A stretch of DNA of 64,000 bases from an uncultured delta proteobacterium (lineage in GTDB: Bacteria; Myxococcota_A; Polyangia; Haliangiales; Haliangiaceae): contig CAWKDB010000011.1 of NCBI GenBank assembly GCA_963848295.1, positions 320,001 to 384,000 on the forward strand. The letters are read 5' to 3'. Position 1 is the first letter of the stretch; each line of letters begins with the position of its first letter. The notes beneath the pieces are model-generated. The model was not told the DNA's origin, searched no databases, and saw only the letters and a program-made list of their open reading frames with translations. Positions 32,190 through 42,951 of this stretch are shown piece by piece. The position numbers and the translations under genes are program-made.

Positions 32190-33560
32190 CCAAGAACCTG
32201 CAGTCGGCCGGCGTGTTGTCGACGATGCACGCCGACGGCACGCGCAACGTGCTTCATCCGAAGCTCGCCCGCGGCCGATTCCTGCGTCGCCGGCAAGTCG
32301 TCGCGTATGCGCTGATGCTCGTGTTCGCGATCCTGCCGCGCATCCGGATCGGCGGGCGCCCCGCGCTGTTGATCGACTTGGCGGCGCGCGAGCTGTCGGC
32401 CTTCGGCACGGTCTTTCGCCCGAGCGACGGCTTCTTGCTCGCGCTGCTCGGCGTCGCGGTCATCGCTGCGGTGTTCTTCGTGACCGCGCTGTTCGGGCGC
32501 GTGTGGTGCGGTTGGGGCTGCCCCCAGAGCGTCTACCTCGAGCATCTTTACCGCCCGATCGAGCGTCTGACTCGAGGGCACCCACGGTCGTCGCGCGAGC
32601 GTGTGGCGCCGGTTCGTGAAGCTCGCGACGTTCGCCGCGATCTCGTTCGGCCTCGCGAACGTGTTTCTCGCGTACTTCGTCGGCAGCGATCAGCTGGAGA
32701 GCTGGGTCACCGAGTCGCCGCTCGACCATCCCGTCGGCTTCTCGATCGTCGTCGCGGTGAGCGCGTTGATGCTGTTTGACTTCGGCTGGTTCCGCGAACA
32801 GATGTGCATCGTGACGTGCCCGTATGGCCGGCTCCAATCGGTGTTGCTCGATCCGCAATCGCTGATCGTCGGATACGACGCCAGACGCGGCGAGCCACGG
32901 ACGCAGCTCAAGAAGAAGCTGCCGGTCGTGAGCGGCGGAGATTGCGTCGACTGCTCCGCGTGCGTCGCGGTCTGTCCGACCGGGATCGACATCCGCAACG
33001 GCTTGCAGATGGAGTGTCTCGGCTGCGCGCAGTGCATCGACGCGTGTGACGGCGTGATGACCAAGCTCCACCGCAAGCCGGGGCTCATCCGTTACACGTC
33101 GCAAGACGAGCTGAGCGGCAAGCCGCGCAAGCTGCTGCGCGTGCGGACGGTGGTCTATCCGGCGTTGCTCGCGTTCGCGGCGCTCTGGCTCGGCACCAGC
33201 ATCGCCCATCGCTCCGGCACCGAGGTGTGGGTCGAGCGTAACGCCGGCCCGAGCTTTACCGAGCTGCCGGACGGCCGGATCGCGTCGCTCGTCCGGATCA
33301 AGATCGAGAACGAGACCGATGATGTCCGCGCGTACACGTTCGAGCTCTTGACGGCGCCGGCAGGATCGCAGCTGCGTTCGCCGCTGCCCCAGTGGCAGGC
33401 GCAACCACACGCGTCGATCGACGTCCCGCTCTTCGTCGACGTCGCGCGCGGCGGGTTCGTCCACGGCGAGGCGCGCGTGCGCATGGCGGTCCGCGACGGC
33501 GATGGCCGCACCAAGGTGGTCGCCGCGACCTTGCTCGGCCCCGACGGAGGTGCTCGATGA
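32186..33560 (+). CDS. ccoG: Cytochrome c oxidase accessory protein, with a +1 frameshift at ~32570
   Basis: GRVWCGWGCPQ; REQMCIVTCPYGRLQ; CVDCSACVAVCPTGIDIR; ECLGCAQCIDAC, split over two frames. Confidence 0.9.
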
Positions 33561-34003
33561 CGCCGGCGCGGAAATGGATCGCCGCGATCGTCGGCTTGCT
33601 CGGCGCGAACGTGATCGGCACCTCGGTCCTGATCGTCTACGCGCACAGCGGGGCGTCGCGGGTGATTCCGGAGTACTACGACCGCGCGGTGCACTACGAC
33701 GCCGCGATCGATCAGGCGGCGATCAACCGCAAGCTCGGATGGTCGGTCGAGACCACGATCGCGCACGGCGGTGCGACCGTACGCGTGCGCGATCGCCGCG
33801 GCGCACCGATCGAGGGTGCGACGGTCCGGATCGAAGCGACGACGCGCATCGGCTCGGAAGCGCCCCGGACCGCCACCCTGGTCGCGGCGGACCGAGGCGA
33901 CTATCGCGGCGCGCTCGCGGCGACCGGCTGGACCGATCTCGTCGTCACGGTCGAGCGAGGGAGCGAGCGCTTCATCACGCGCGCGGCCGTCGAGGGGCGA
34001 TGA
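33557..34003 (+). CDS. ccoH: FixH/CcoH-like protein
   Basis: N-terminal TM, EYYDRAVHYD...LGW; operon position. Confidence 0.75.
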   Translation: MTPARKWIAAIVGLLGANVIGTSVLIVYAHSGASRVIPEYYDRAVHYDAAIDQAAINRKLGWSVETTIAHGGATVRVRDRRGAPIEGATVRIEATTRIGSEAPRTATLVAADRGDYRGALAATGWTDLVVTVERGSERFITRAAVEGR

Positions 34004-34701
34004 CGCTCGCGGTGCTCGGCGGGATCGCGGCCACGAGCGTGCTCGGCAGCGTACACTGCGTCGCGATGTGCGGTCCGCTCGTCGGGTTGCACGGCGGCGC
34101 GCGTACGGTGGCGCTCGCAGTCGTCCATGCGCTCGGTCGCCTGATCACGTACGCGACGATCGGCGCGCTCGCCGGCTTGGTCGGTAGCGCGCTCGACCTC
34201 GCCGGCGGGTTCGCGCAGGTCCAGCGCGCGGCGACGATCGTCGCTGGCATCGCGATCGTCACCTGGGGCGTCGTCGCATTGCTCGGCACACAGGTCCGCA
34301 CGCCTCGCCACGCCGCAGCCGAGCCCGGCACCTCCGCGTTCGCCGCTGGGTTGGTGCAGATCCGGACTCGACGCCCGGCTCGGCGCGCGCTGCTCGTCGG
34401 CGTGCTGACCGGCCTGTTGCCATGCGGCTGGCTGTGGGCGTTCGCGATCACCGCGGCGGGCACGGGACATCCGGTCACCGGCGCGCTCGTAATGACGGCG
34501 TTCTGGCTGGGCACCGTCCCGGCGATGGTCGGCATGCTCGCGCTCGCCGGGCCCCTGGTCTCGCGGCTGCGCGCGCGCATGCCGGTGGTCACGGCGGCGG
34601 TGCTGATCGGTTTGGGCATCACGACGCTCGCGGCGCGCTGGCACGACGCGGGGACCACCCAGGTGCTGGCGCCGCACTGCCACGGACATGGAGCTGCATG
34701 A
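34000..34701 (+). CDS. DsbD_2 / TauE-SafE family membrane protein
   Basis: GSVHCVAMCGP, GRLITY, GLLPCG, FWLGTVP. Confidence 0.88.
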   Translation: MTLAVLGGIAATSVLGSVHCVAMCGPLVGLHGGARTVALAVVHALGRLITYATIGALAGLVGSALDLAGGFAQVQRAATIVAGIAIVTWGVVALLGTQVRTPRHAAAEPGTSAFAAGLVQIRTRRPARRALLVGVLTGLLPCGWLWAFAITAAGTGHPVTGALVMTAFWLGTVPAMVGMLALAGPLVSRLRARMPVVTAAVLIGLGITTLAARWHDAGTTQVLAPHCHGHGAA

Positions 34702-37112
34702 CCCAGGCGCTCGCGGTCAGGCCGTGCGCGCATTGCGCCTTGCCCATCCCGGCGGGACGCGGCGATGACTTCTGTTGCGCCGGGTGCGAGGTAGTCCATC
34801 GCGCGATCGCCGAGCACGGCCTCGATCGCTATTACGCCCTGCGCGAGCCCGGTGTGCCGTCGCGTACGACGTCGCGCGGCTACGCCGAGCTCGACGATTC
34901 GGCGTTTGCCCGCGTGCACGTTCGAGACGACGCCGACGGCACGGCACACGTCGCGCTGTACTTGGAAGATCTGCGCTGCGCCGCTTGCGTATGGCTTGTC
35001 GAAGCGACGCCGCGTTGTGTCGGCGGCGTCACCGAAGTGCGAGTCGATCTCGGCCGCAGCCGCGCGGACGTGACGTGGGATCGGCGCCGGACCTCGCTGT
35101 CCGCGATCGCACGCCACCTCGATCGCATCGGTCACGCGGTGCACCCGTTTCGCGGGCTCGATCGCGACGCGCAACGCCGGCGCGAAGATCGCGCGTTGCT
35201 GATCAAGCTCGGCGTCGCCGGTGCCGCGACCGGCAACCTGATGCTCCTCGCGATCGCGCTGTACGCGGGCCTGTTCGGCGGCATGGGCGCTGGCGACAAG
35301 GCCTTCTTTCGTTGGGCATCGATGCTCGTCGCACTCCCCGCGCTCGGCTATGCCGCGACGCCGATCTTTCGCACCGCGCTCGGCGCCTTGCGAGCGAGGC
35401 GCTTGCATCTCGATCTTCCGCTTTCGATCGGAATCCTGTGCGGGCTTGGGTGGGGCAGCGCAAACGTGATCCGCGGGGTCGGCGAGATCTACTTCGATAG
35501 CCTGTCGATGCTGGTGTTCCTGTTGCTCGTGTCGCGCTGGATCGTCCTCCAGCATCAGCGACGCGCGTCGAGCGCGGCCGAGTTATTGCTCGCGCTGACC
35601 CCGAGCCGGGGACGCCGGATCGATCCGGAGTCCGGGCGCATCGATGACGTGCCGATCGACGCGATCGAGATCGGCGACCGACTCGAAGTGCGCGCCGGCG
35701 ACACGATCCCCGTCGATGCGACGGTCGCGCAAGGTCGGTCCGCGATCGATGCGGGGCTACTCACCGGCGAATCACGCCCGGTCGATGTCGCGGTCGGCGA
35801 TCGCGTGCACGCCGGTACGGTGAACCTCGTCGGGCCGCTCGAGCTCGTGACGACTGCGGTAGGCGAGCACACGCGCGTCGGCGCGCTGGTCTCGACGATC
35901 GACGCGTTGTCGGCGCGCAGATCGCCGATCGAGCGCATGGTCGACCGGTTAGCTGGACGGTTCGTCGCGATCGTGACGCTCGCCGCTGCGCTCACGTTCG
36001 CCGGCTGGGCGATTGTCTCCCCTGCGCTCGGTGCGGAGCACGCGATCGCGCTGCTGATCGTCACCTGTCCGTGCGCGCTCGCGCTCGCGACGCCGCTTGC
36101 GATCGTGATCGCACTCGGTCGCGCGGCCCGGCGCGGGATCTTGATCAAGGGCGCCGATGCGCTCGAACGGCTCGCGGTGCCGGGGACGATGTTCATCGAC
36201 AAGACCGGGACGCTCACGGAAGGGCGACTCGCGGTGGCGACGTGGTTCGGCGACGTCGATGCTCGACGTTTCGCGGCTGCGGTCGAAGCAGGCAGTGCAC
36301 ACCCGATCGCGCGCGCGTTGACCGCCGCCAGCGCGCCGGCCGGGATTGCGAGCGCGGTTCGCGAGGACCTCGGTCGCGGTATCCGCGGCATCGTCGCCGG
36401 TCGCAACGTCCTCGTCGGCTCGCCGCGCTGGGTGAGAGAGCAGTCCGGCGCTGCGGCTCGCCATCGCGAGCTGACATCGTGGATAACGGACATCACGAAC
36501 CGCGGCGAGACGCCGATCGCGATCGCCGTCGACGGCGCGATCGTGGCAGTCGCCGGACTCGCCGACCCGATCCGCGCCGACGCAAAAGCCGCGCTCGAAG
36601 CGCTCGCCGGCCAAGGGTGGAAGATCGAGCTGCTCTCTGGAGATGACGAGCGGGTCGTCGACGCGGTGGGTGACGCGCTCGGCGTGCCGGCCTCGCGCCG
36701 CAGCGGTGGCGTGCCCCCCGAGTACAAGCTCGCGGCGGTGAAGGCGGCGACGTTGCGCGGTCCGGTCGCGATGGTCGGTGATGGGGTCAACGACGCGGCG
36801 GCGATCGCGGCCGCGACCTGCGGGATCGCGGTGTCGGGCTCTGCCGAGATCGCGATCGAGGCCGCCGATGTCTACTTGCGGTCGCCATCGGTCGAGCTGA
36901 TCGCGGCGACCACGGCGGGCGCGCGAGAGACGGTCGCGACGATTCGGCGCAGCCTGCGGATCTCGCTCGCCTACAACCTGACCGCCGGGATGCTCGCGGT
37001 GACCGGCGTCATCCATCCACTCGTGGCAGCGTTGCTCATGCCGTTGAGCTCTCTCACCGTGCTCGGCTCGTCGTTGCGGTCGCGTGCGTTCATCTCGGCG
37101 GGGTTGCCATGA
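34698..37112 (+). CDS. ccoI: Cu-translocating P1B-type ATPase
   Basis: CAHC, FCCAGC, CAAC, TGES, CPC, DKTGTLT, HP, MVGDGVND. Confidence 0.94.
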   Translation: MTQALAVRPCAHCALPIPAGRGDDFCCAGCEVVHRAIAEHGLDRYYALREPGVPSRTTSRGYAELDDSAFARVHVRDDADGTAHVALYLEDLRCAACVWLVEATPRCVGGVTEVRVDLGRSRADVTWDRRRTSLSAIARHLDRIGHAVHPFRGLDRDAQRRREDRALLIKLGVAGAATGNLMLLAIALYAGLFGGMGAGDKAFFRWASMLVALPALGYAATPIFRTALGALRARRLHLDLPLSIGILCGLGWGSANVIRGVGEIYFDSLSMLVFLLLVSRWIVLQHQRRASSAAELLLALTPSRGRRIDPESGRIDDVPIDAIEIGDRLEVRAGDTIPVDATVAQGRSAIDAGLLTGESRPVDVAVGDRVHAGTVNLVGPLELVTTAVGEHTRVGALVSTIDALSARRSPIERMVDRLAGRFVAIVTLAAALTFAGWAIVSPALGAEHAIALLIVTCPCALALATPLAIVIALGRAARRGILIKGADALERLAVPGTMFIDKTGTLTEGRLAVATWFGDVDARRFAAAVEAGSAHPIARALTAASAPAGIASAVREDLGRGIRGIVAGRNVLVGSPRWVREQSGAAARHRELTSWITDITNRGETPIAIAVDGAIVAVAGLADPIRADAKAALEALAGQGWKIELLSGDDERVVDAVGDALGVPASRRSGGVPPEYKLAAVKAATLRGPVAMVGDGVNDAAAIAAATCGIAVSGSAEIAIEAADVYLRSPSVELIAATTAGARETVATIRRSLRISLAYNLTAGMLAVTGVIHPLVAALLMPLSSLTVLGSSLRSRAFISAGLP

Positions 37113-37306
37113 CCGTGTTGTACATCCTGATCCCACTCGCGCTCCTGATCGCCGGCGGTGCGGTCGGTGCCTTCGTCTGGACCGTCCGCAGTGGACAACT
37201 CGATGACGTCGACACGCCGCCGCAACGGATCTTGTTCGATGACGAACCGCGCGCGTGGTCAGCAACAAGAAGAGCTCGCTCGACCGAGCGCTCAGCTGAA
37301 CCCTGA
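37109..37306 (+). CDS. ccoS: cbb3 oxidase maturation protein
   Basis: MTVLYILIPLAL...WTVRSGQLDDVDTPPQRILFDD. Confidence 0.9.
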   Translation: MTVLYILIPLALLIAGGAVGAFVWTVRSGQLDDVDTPPQRILFDDEPRAWSATRRARSTERSAEP

Positions 37307-38155
37307 CGCCCCCGCCGCGTTCGGGTGTTCGAGCTCGATGATCTCGCTGATCGACTCCGGCCCTGCGAGCTCACCCTGCATGTCGCGGAACCGGCGGACG
37401 ATCGCATGCACGCGATCGGGGGACAGCACGTCTTCGACCCCGGCGCGCCGGATCGTCGCACCGAGCTTGCGTTCGAAGATGTCGAGATAGACATCGCGAT
37501 CGACACCCAGAGTCGCCGCGTCCCTCTCGGTGCGGCGCAGACTGCGCAGGCCGAAGTGCAACATCGCCTGCAGCTTGATGCCGAGCGTACGCCGCGCCAT
37601 GGATGATAGCCGCGGATGGATTCGCCGCAGCGCTTCGACGACATAGGAGATGTGCCGCGCCTCGTCTCGCAACGCGTGCTCGCAGATTTGCTTGAGCAGG
37701 TCGTCGGCGTGCGACCTGCGCAGCATCGCAAACAGCACTTCACCGAGGGTCTCGCTCATCATCACCGAGAAAAAGAAGCTCTCGACAGAGCTGCCCATCA
37801 TATCGGCGATGCGCGTGATCACCCTCCACAGCAACGGACATTCCTCGAGCGCACCGATCTGTCTGCAGTAGCGCTCGAGCACGTAGACGTGGCGCGCCTC
37901 CTCGAACGCGTGGGCCGCCGCGCATAGCGCGAGGTGATCATCGCCGAAATAGCGGCGGATCGGCTCGGCCATGCGCTGGACGGTCCACAGCGACTGGTGC
38001 TCGGACCAGTACAGCTCGTTGATCAAGCGTCTACGTGCGGCTTCGATCGTGGAATTCGCGATGGCGGTCGGCGTGGTCCAATCGAGATCGCGGTCGGCAT
38101 TCCATTGGCAGGCAAGCGAGCGCTCGTAGATGCGGAGTGCGGGGTCGGCAGTCAT
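37292..38155 (-). CDS. Ferritin-like di-iron enzyme
   Basis: WNADRDLDW; E...EEARH and E...DEARH ExxH pairs. Confidence 0.82.
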   Translation of the reverse strand: MTADPALRIYERSLACQWNADRDLDWTTPTAIANSTIEAARRRLINELYWSEHQSLWTVQRMAEPIRRYFGDDHLALCAAAHAFEEARHVYVLERYCRQIGALEECPLLWRVITRIADMMGSSVESFFFSVMMSETLGEVLFAMLRRSHADDLLKQICEHALRDEARHISYVVEALRRIHPRLSSMARRTLGIKLQAMLHFGLRSLRRTERDAATLGVDRDVYLDIFERKLGATIRRAGVEDVLSPDRVHAIVRRFRDMQGELAGPESISEIIELEHPNAAGASGFS

Positions 38156-38958
38156 CGCGGTTGTTTCTCCTTGGTCTTTGCGGCGGCCGCGGCAACCTCG
38201 GCGCGGGTCACACCGATGGCTTTGAGTGCGGGCAACCAGACTTCAGCGACAAACGCGGTGCGGTCCATGCCCGCCTCGCGCATCACCTTCACGCGCTCGT
38301 CGTAGTCGGGCAGCAGGTCGTAGGCGGGCATCGTGAAGTGCTTGAACACGTGCGCGAGATCGCTCAGCGTGCCGGCGTGATCTTCCTCGAGCAAGACCCG
38401 TGCGCACGCAGCGTAGAACCCGAAATGCGCGACCTCGTCGCGCGCGATAAGGCCATAGATCGCGCCGAGTAGCGGATCGCCCTTGGTCAGGGCCAGTTGC
38501 TTGTGCTTCTTGTAGAACACGTAGGTGGTGAGCTCCTGGATCATCGGATACAGGGTCATCTGTCGCGCGGTCTCGAACGGTGGCGACCACCGCTTCGACA
38601 GGATCGCGCGTTCGTACGCGACGATCTCGCCGTCGGTCCGCTGATGGGTCCGCCGCAAGTACTCGCGCAAGACGAGCGAATGCTTGCTCTCCTCGTAGCC
38701 CCAGTTCGCGAGCCACCACGCGCGGCCGAACGAATCGCGCATCACGTTGATGCCTTGGCCGACGTAGTCCGGCAGGTACATCTCGACTCCGCAGAACGTC
38801 TCGGCGCACTGAGCGAGCTTCGCGTTTCGCGGGCTCTCGTCAGCGAGCTCCCACGGAACGTCGTCGAATACGCTCCAGCGGCGGTGCTTCTCCGCTCGTT
38901 CGAAGAACGTCATGTACTCGCGGTAGATGTTCTCTGCGCTTGCGACGGAAACCGGCAC
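38152..38958 (-). CDS. Acyl-ACP desaturase-like ferritin-fold enzyme (paralog of 56921-57733)
   Basis: VEMYLPDY, WGYEESKH, IQELTT, RDEVAH. Confidence 0.85.
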   Translation of the reverse strand: MPVSVASAENIYREYMTFFERAEKHRRWSVFDDVPWELADESPRNAKLAQCAETFCGVEMYLPDYVGQGINVMRDSFGRAWWLANWGYEESKHSLVLREYLRRTHQRTDGEIVAYERAILSKRWSPPFETARQMTLYPMIQELTTYVFYKKHKQLALTKGDPLLGAIYGLIARDEVAHFGFYAACARVLLEEDHAGTLSDLAHVFKHFTMPAYDLLPDYDERVKVMREAGMDRTAFVAEVWLPALKAIGVTRAEVAAAAAKTKEKQPR

Positions 38959-38978
38959 GCATTCACCTCGTGATCGAC

Positions 38979-39998
38979 CTAGTGCAGGTAACCGCGCCGC
39001 TGCTGATCGCGTTCGATCGAGCGAAACAACGCGCCGAAGTTGCCTTCGCCGAACGACGTATGGTTTCGACGCTGGATCAGCTCGAGGAAGATCGGGCCGA
39101 GCAGATTCTTCGTGAAGATCTGGAGCAGATAGCCTCGGGCATCGCCGTCGACGAGCACCGCGCGTTGCGCCAACTCGGCCCGATTCTCGCGCACGTCGGG
39201 CACGCGGTCGAACACGTCAGCGTAGTACTCGGGTTCGATATCGAGGAACGCGATCGACGAAGCGTCGAGCGCGCGCAGCGACGCGAGGATGTCGTCGGTG
39301 AGCAGGGCGACGTGCTGGATGCCCGGCCCGCGGTACTCCTCGAGGTATTCGTCGATCTGGCTGCCGGTGCCGGTTCCTTCGTTGATCGGGATACAGAACG
39401 AGCCGCACGGCGAGCGCAACGCAAACGAGTGGAGCCCGGACTGTTGCCCTTGGATGTCGAAGTAGCGGACCTGGGTGAACCCGAACACGTGCTCGTAGAA
39501 CTCCGCCCACCGGCGAAGCTCGCCACGCGGCACGTTGTTGGTCATGTGATCGATCGCGAGGAAACCCTTGGCGGCGACGCGGTCCGGCCGCGCGAGCGGC
39601 TCGAAGCCCAGCGATCGCCATGTGGCCATAGCGTCGACGAAATAGATCAGCGAGTCGCCGATGCCGGCGACCGCGGGCATGTTCAAGCCTCCGTCGACCG
39701 CGCGCGCCCCACGCGTGACCGCCGTGCTCGCCGCACGCACCGCATCATCGGCGCGCCAGCCGACCGCACAGATGCCCGGGCCGTGATCGTCGCTGAACTG
39801 CGCCGAAGCGCCGGCGGGCGATCGGTCGAGCAAGATCGCGATCGCGGCTTGTTCGTAGAGCTCTACCGCGCGCGACGTGTGGTGCATCGTGCGGGAGAAC
39901 CCGAGGGCGAGCAGCAGCCGATGAACGGCGTCGGGATCGGGCGATGCGATCGCGACGAACGAGATGCCGCGGACGGCGCATGGATTGTCATTCATCAT
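38979..39998 (-). CDS. hppD: 4-hydroxyphenylpyruvate dioxygenase
   Basis: IDHMTNNV, IPINE, SQIDEYL, GPGIQHVAL, YLLQIFT, FGEGNFGALFRSIERDQ. Confidence 0.95.
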   Translation of the reverse strand: MMNDNPCAVRGISFVAIASPDPDAVHRLLLALGFSRTMHHTSRAVELYEQAAIAILLDRSPAGASAQFSDDHGPGICAVGWRADDAVRAASTAVTRGARAVDGGLNMPAVAGIGDSLIYFVDAMATWRSLGFEPLARPDRVAAKGFLAIDHMTNNVPRGELRRWAEFYEHVFGFTQVRYFDIQGQQSGLHSFALRSPCGSFCIPINEGTGTGSQIDEYLEEYRGPGIQHVALLTDDILASLRALDASSIAFLDIEPEYYADVFDRVPDVRENRAELAQRAVLVDGDARGYLLQIFTKNLLGPIFLELIQRRNHTSFGEGNFGALFRSIERDQQRRGYLH

Positions 39999-40174
39999 CG
40001 CTGTGGCCGTAGCGGGCCGTCGATGCGCGTCCACGCGACCGGCGGGTGCTCGCGATCCAGGTATGCATAGCGGCCCGCGAAGCCGTCGCGTGCGTAGTCT
40101 TCTTCGACCGTACCTTCGGGAATGCCGACGTGTGCCTGCGCGGCGACGCGACCGCGAATGTCCGGGATGTTCAC
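39995..40174 (-). pseudogene. hmgA: Truncated N-terminal fragment of homogentisate 1,2-dioxygenase
   Basis: QAHVGIPEGTVEEDYARDGFAGRYAYL..HPPVAWTRIDGPLRP resembles the N-terminus of deltaproteobacterial HmgA as recalled; stops after 59 aa, overlapping the hppD start. Confidence 0.65.
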
Positions 40175-40241
40175 AACGCTGAACGTGCACGCGCCGCGAT
40201 GAGAATGATAGAACAATGATCGGTCGATCAATGTGCACAAC

Positions 40242-41114
40242 ATGAACAATCTCGGAATCACGTTGGAGCATGCACGCGCGCTCGATGCGCTCGATCGCCA
40301 CGGTACGTTCGCGGGCGCCGCGACCGCGTTGCGCCGCGGCCACACGTCGGTGCTTTACCTGGTACGGACCCTCGAAGATGCGCTCGGCTTCGCGGTGGTC
40401 GATCGATCCGGCTATCGCACGCGGTTATCGGCGCAGGGCCGTCGCATCCTCGAAGGCTGCCGCGCGATGCTGGCCGCCGAGGCCGAGCTAGGAGCAACGG
40501 TTGCCGAGCTGCGAGCGGGCTGGGAGCCAGCGATCGCGGTGGTCTTTGACGGTGTCGTGCCGATCGAGCCGCTGTTGCGTGCGGTGGGACGGCTCGTCGC
40601 CGAGCGCGTCCCGACGCGTATCGACGTGCGCGCCGAATTCCTAGGTGGTGTGGAGGACGCATTCGAGCAGCTCCACGCGGATCTGATGATCGCCGTGCTG
40701 CCGCCGCGCACGCTCCAGCTCTCCTCGATCAAACTGCCGACGGTCGTCGCTTCGCTTGTCGCCCATGCGGATCACCCACTCGCGCGTGGACGCCACGACG
40801 TGCGCGCGATTCGCAAGCACCTGCTCCTCACCGTGCGAGGCTCGGACCCGCGCCTCGAGCTTCCGACGTCTGCGATCGAGCCACACTCGACGATTCACCT
40901 GAACGACTTCGCCGGCAAGCGCGCCGCGATCCTCGCCGGCATCGGATTCGGCTGGATCCCCGATGCGATGATTTCACGCGATCTCGCTAGCGGTCGACTG
41001 CGCCGCGTCCGATGGACGCGGTCATCGCGCCACGTGTTCCATCCGCGCCTGTACCATCCCAATAGCCCGGGACCGGCGGCGCGGCGGCTGATCGACGCGA
41101 TAACCCGTCGCTGA
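40242..41114 (+). CDS. LysR family transcriptional regulator
   Basis: LDALDRHGTFAGAATALRR...LEDALG...DRSGYR; divergent from hppD. Confidence 0.92.
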   Translation: MNNLGITLEHARALDALDRHGTFAGAATALRRGHTSVLYLVRTLEDALGFAVVDRSGYRTRLSAQGRRILEGCRAMLAAEAELGATVAELRAGWEPAIAVVFDGVVPIEPLLRAVGRLVAERVPTRIDVRAEFLGGVEDAFEQLHADLMIAVLPPRTLQLSSIKLPTVVASLVAHADHPLARGRHDVRAIRKHLLLTVRGSDPRLELPTSAIEPHSTIHLNDFAGKRAAILAGIGFGWIPDAMISRDLASGRLRRVRWTRSSRHVFHPRLYHPNSPGPAARRLIDAITRR

Positions 41115-41189
41115 CTGCCGTGCGAGCGAGAGGCCGGTGTGACTCTGGGCAGTCCGCTCTCGACGCGTCACCGAACTAGCACCAGCGAG

Positions 41190-42716
41190 CTACTCGATCA
41201 CCGGCATGCAGGTCGCGCCGTCGTTGATCTGGGCGTTCGCGCGGAACGTGTTGAGCTGAGTCCACGCCGGCACCTCGTGCGCCGGGATCGTGCCGTCCTC
41301 GCGCACGTTGGTCACGTGATACGTGTGCTCGTTCCAGATCCGCCTGGCCTGGATCCAGCGGTCCATCTTGTCGCGGATGACCTGGACCGTCGGCGACGTG
41401 GTGAGGTACTGGTTCGACACCACGACGATCTCGGCCGACCCGTCGTTGTCGATATCGGCGACGACCGGGTACTCGGCCAGCGTCTCGCTCGAGCGCGGCA
41501 TCGAGAAGATCGCGTTGCCCGCATCGTCGAACACCCACAGCGTCGTCTCGTCGGCGTACATCGCCTCGGTGTGGCCATCGCCGAGGAAGTCGAAGGCGGT
41601 CCCGGCCGCGATGCCGGACTGGTCGGAGACCGGGGCGCTCCACACGATCGTGCCGTCTGCCTTGTAGTCGGTATAGAAGTCGGCCGAGCTCATCGCGTAC
41701 TCGGACGTGCCGTCGCCGTTGAAGTCGCCGATCACGGCCGGCCTGATCCACGTCGTGCGCCCCGCGGCGACATCGGTCGGTCTGACGTTCGAGTACTGCA
41801 CGATCCCATCGTGCGAGATCAACGACAGGCCCGATTGGTTGGTGAGCAGCACCTCGGGCTTGCCATCGCCGTCGAGATCCGCGACCTGCGGATAGCCCGG
41901 CTCGAGAGCGGTGGTCCAATACAGCGTGCCGTCGTCGTGATAGGCCGACTGGCCCAGCACGACCTCCATCTTGCCGTCGCCGTCGAGGTCCGCGATCGTG
42001 GTCGCGCTCCAGCTCGCCTCCGGCTGGCTCGCGACCCACTTGATGTGGCCGGTGTCGTCCCAGACCGTGTTGCCACCGATGATCTCGACGTGGCCGTCGC
42101 CGTCGAGATCCGCGAGCGCGATCGACGCCGCGTACCACGAGATCTGGGAGCCCTCGCTGGACAGGCCGTCCCACACGTCGGCCGGGCCGAACATCACGCT
42201 ACCGTCGTGGTGGAACGCCCATAGCTCGCCTTCGGTATCCACGGTGACGATCTCGGGGATGCCGTCACCGTCGAGATCGCCGAGCGCCGGCGTCACCGAA
42301 GCGTCGACAAAATACGGAATCATGAGCTCGACCGCGCCGGTGTCGCCCGCGAGCACGTAGATGTGGCCGGGATCCTGCGGCGAGCCTGGATCGCTCGATG
42401 CCACGACCACGACATCGGGGACGTCGCAAAGGTCGATCGCGCCGTCGCCGTTGTCGTCGGTGAGGTTGGCCACCAGGGGCGTGACGATGCTGTTGGTATC
42501 GTCGCCCGAACCATTCCACGCCCACTGGATCTCGGGATCGAAGCTGTCGGGCGGCGCCACGCTCATGCACGCGGGCACGCCATTGCCGGTGTTGTCGTTG
42601 ACCTTGCACTTGTTGATCGGCCCCGCGTCGCCGCCACCCGCGTCGATGCCGTCGCGACCATGATGTCCGCAGCCGGCCAGCAGACCGAAAAGTGCCACCG
42701 AAATCGAGGTGTTCAC
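41190..42716 (-). CDS. FG-GAP/VCBS repeat lipoprotein
   Basis: Lipobox LAGC; multiple DLDGDGxxE repeats. Confidence 0.9.
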   Translation of the reverse strand: MNTSISVALFGLLAGCGHHGRDGIDAGGGDAGPINKCKVNDNTGNGVPACMSVAPPDSFDPEIQWAWNGSGDDTNSIVTPLVANLTDDNGDGAIDLCDVPDVVVVASSDPGSPQDPGHIYVLAGDTGAVELMIPYFVDASVTPALGDLDGDGIPEIVTVDTEGELWAFHHDGSVMFGPADVWDGLSSEGSQISWYAASIALADLDGDGHVEIIGGNTVWDDTGHIKWVASQPEASWSATTIADLDGDGKMEVVLGQSAYHDDGTLYWTTALEPGYPQVADLDGDGKPEVLLTNQSGLSLISHDGIVQYSNVRPTDVAAGRTTWIRPAVIGDFNGDGTSEYAMSSADFYTDYKADGTIVWSAPVSDQSGIAAGTAFDFLGDGHTEAMYADETTLWVFDDAGNAIFSMPRSSETLAEYPVVADIDNDGSAEIVVVSNQYLTTSPTVQVIRDKMDRWIQARRIWNEHTYHVTNVREDGTIPAHEVPAWTQLNTFRANAQINDGATCMPVIE

Positions 42717-42951
42717 AACGCGTCAGTTAGATGGCCTCGAGCGGCCTGAATCAAGCAACATCTTGTCGACGGCGCTCGGCGCAGCGGTCGGGCCAATGCG
42801 GGGGTGGGACGGTCTCCAGCGAGTTTTTCCCCTTGCCGACTCGGCCACCGGGTTGCGCGACCCGCGCATACAAGTCGATCGCCACGCTGCGCAGGTCGCG
42901 TTTAGTGAACGGCCGCGGGGAGGTCGTTGCGCGACGACGAGTACGACCTGC

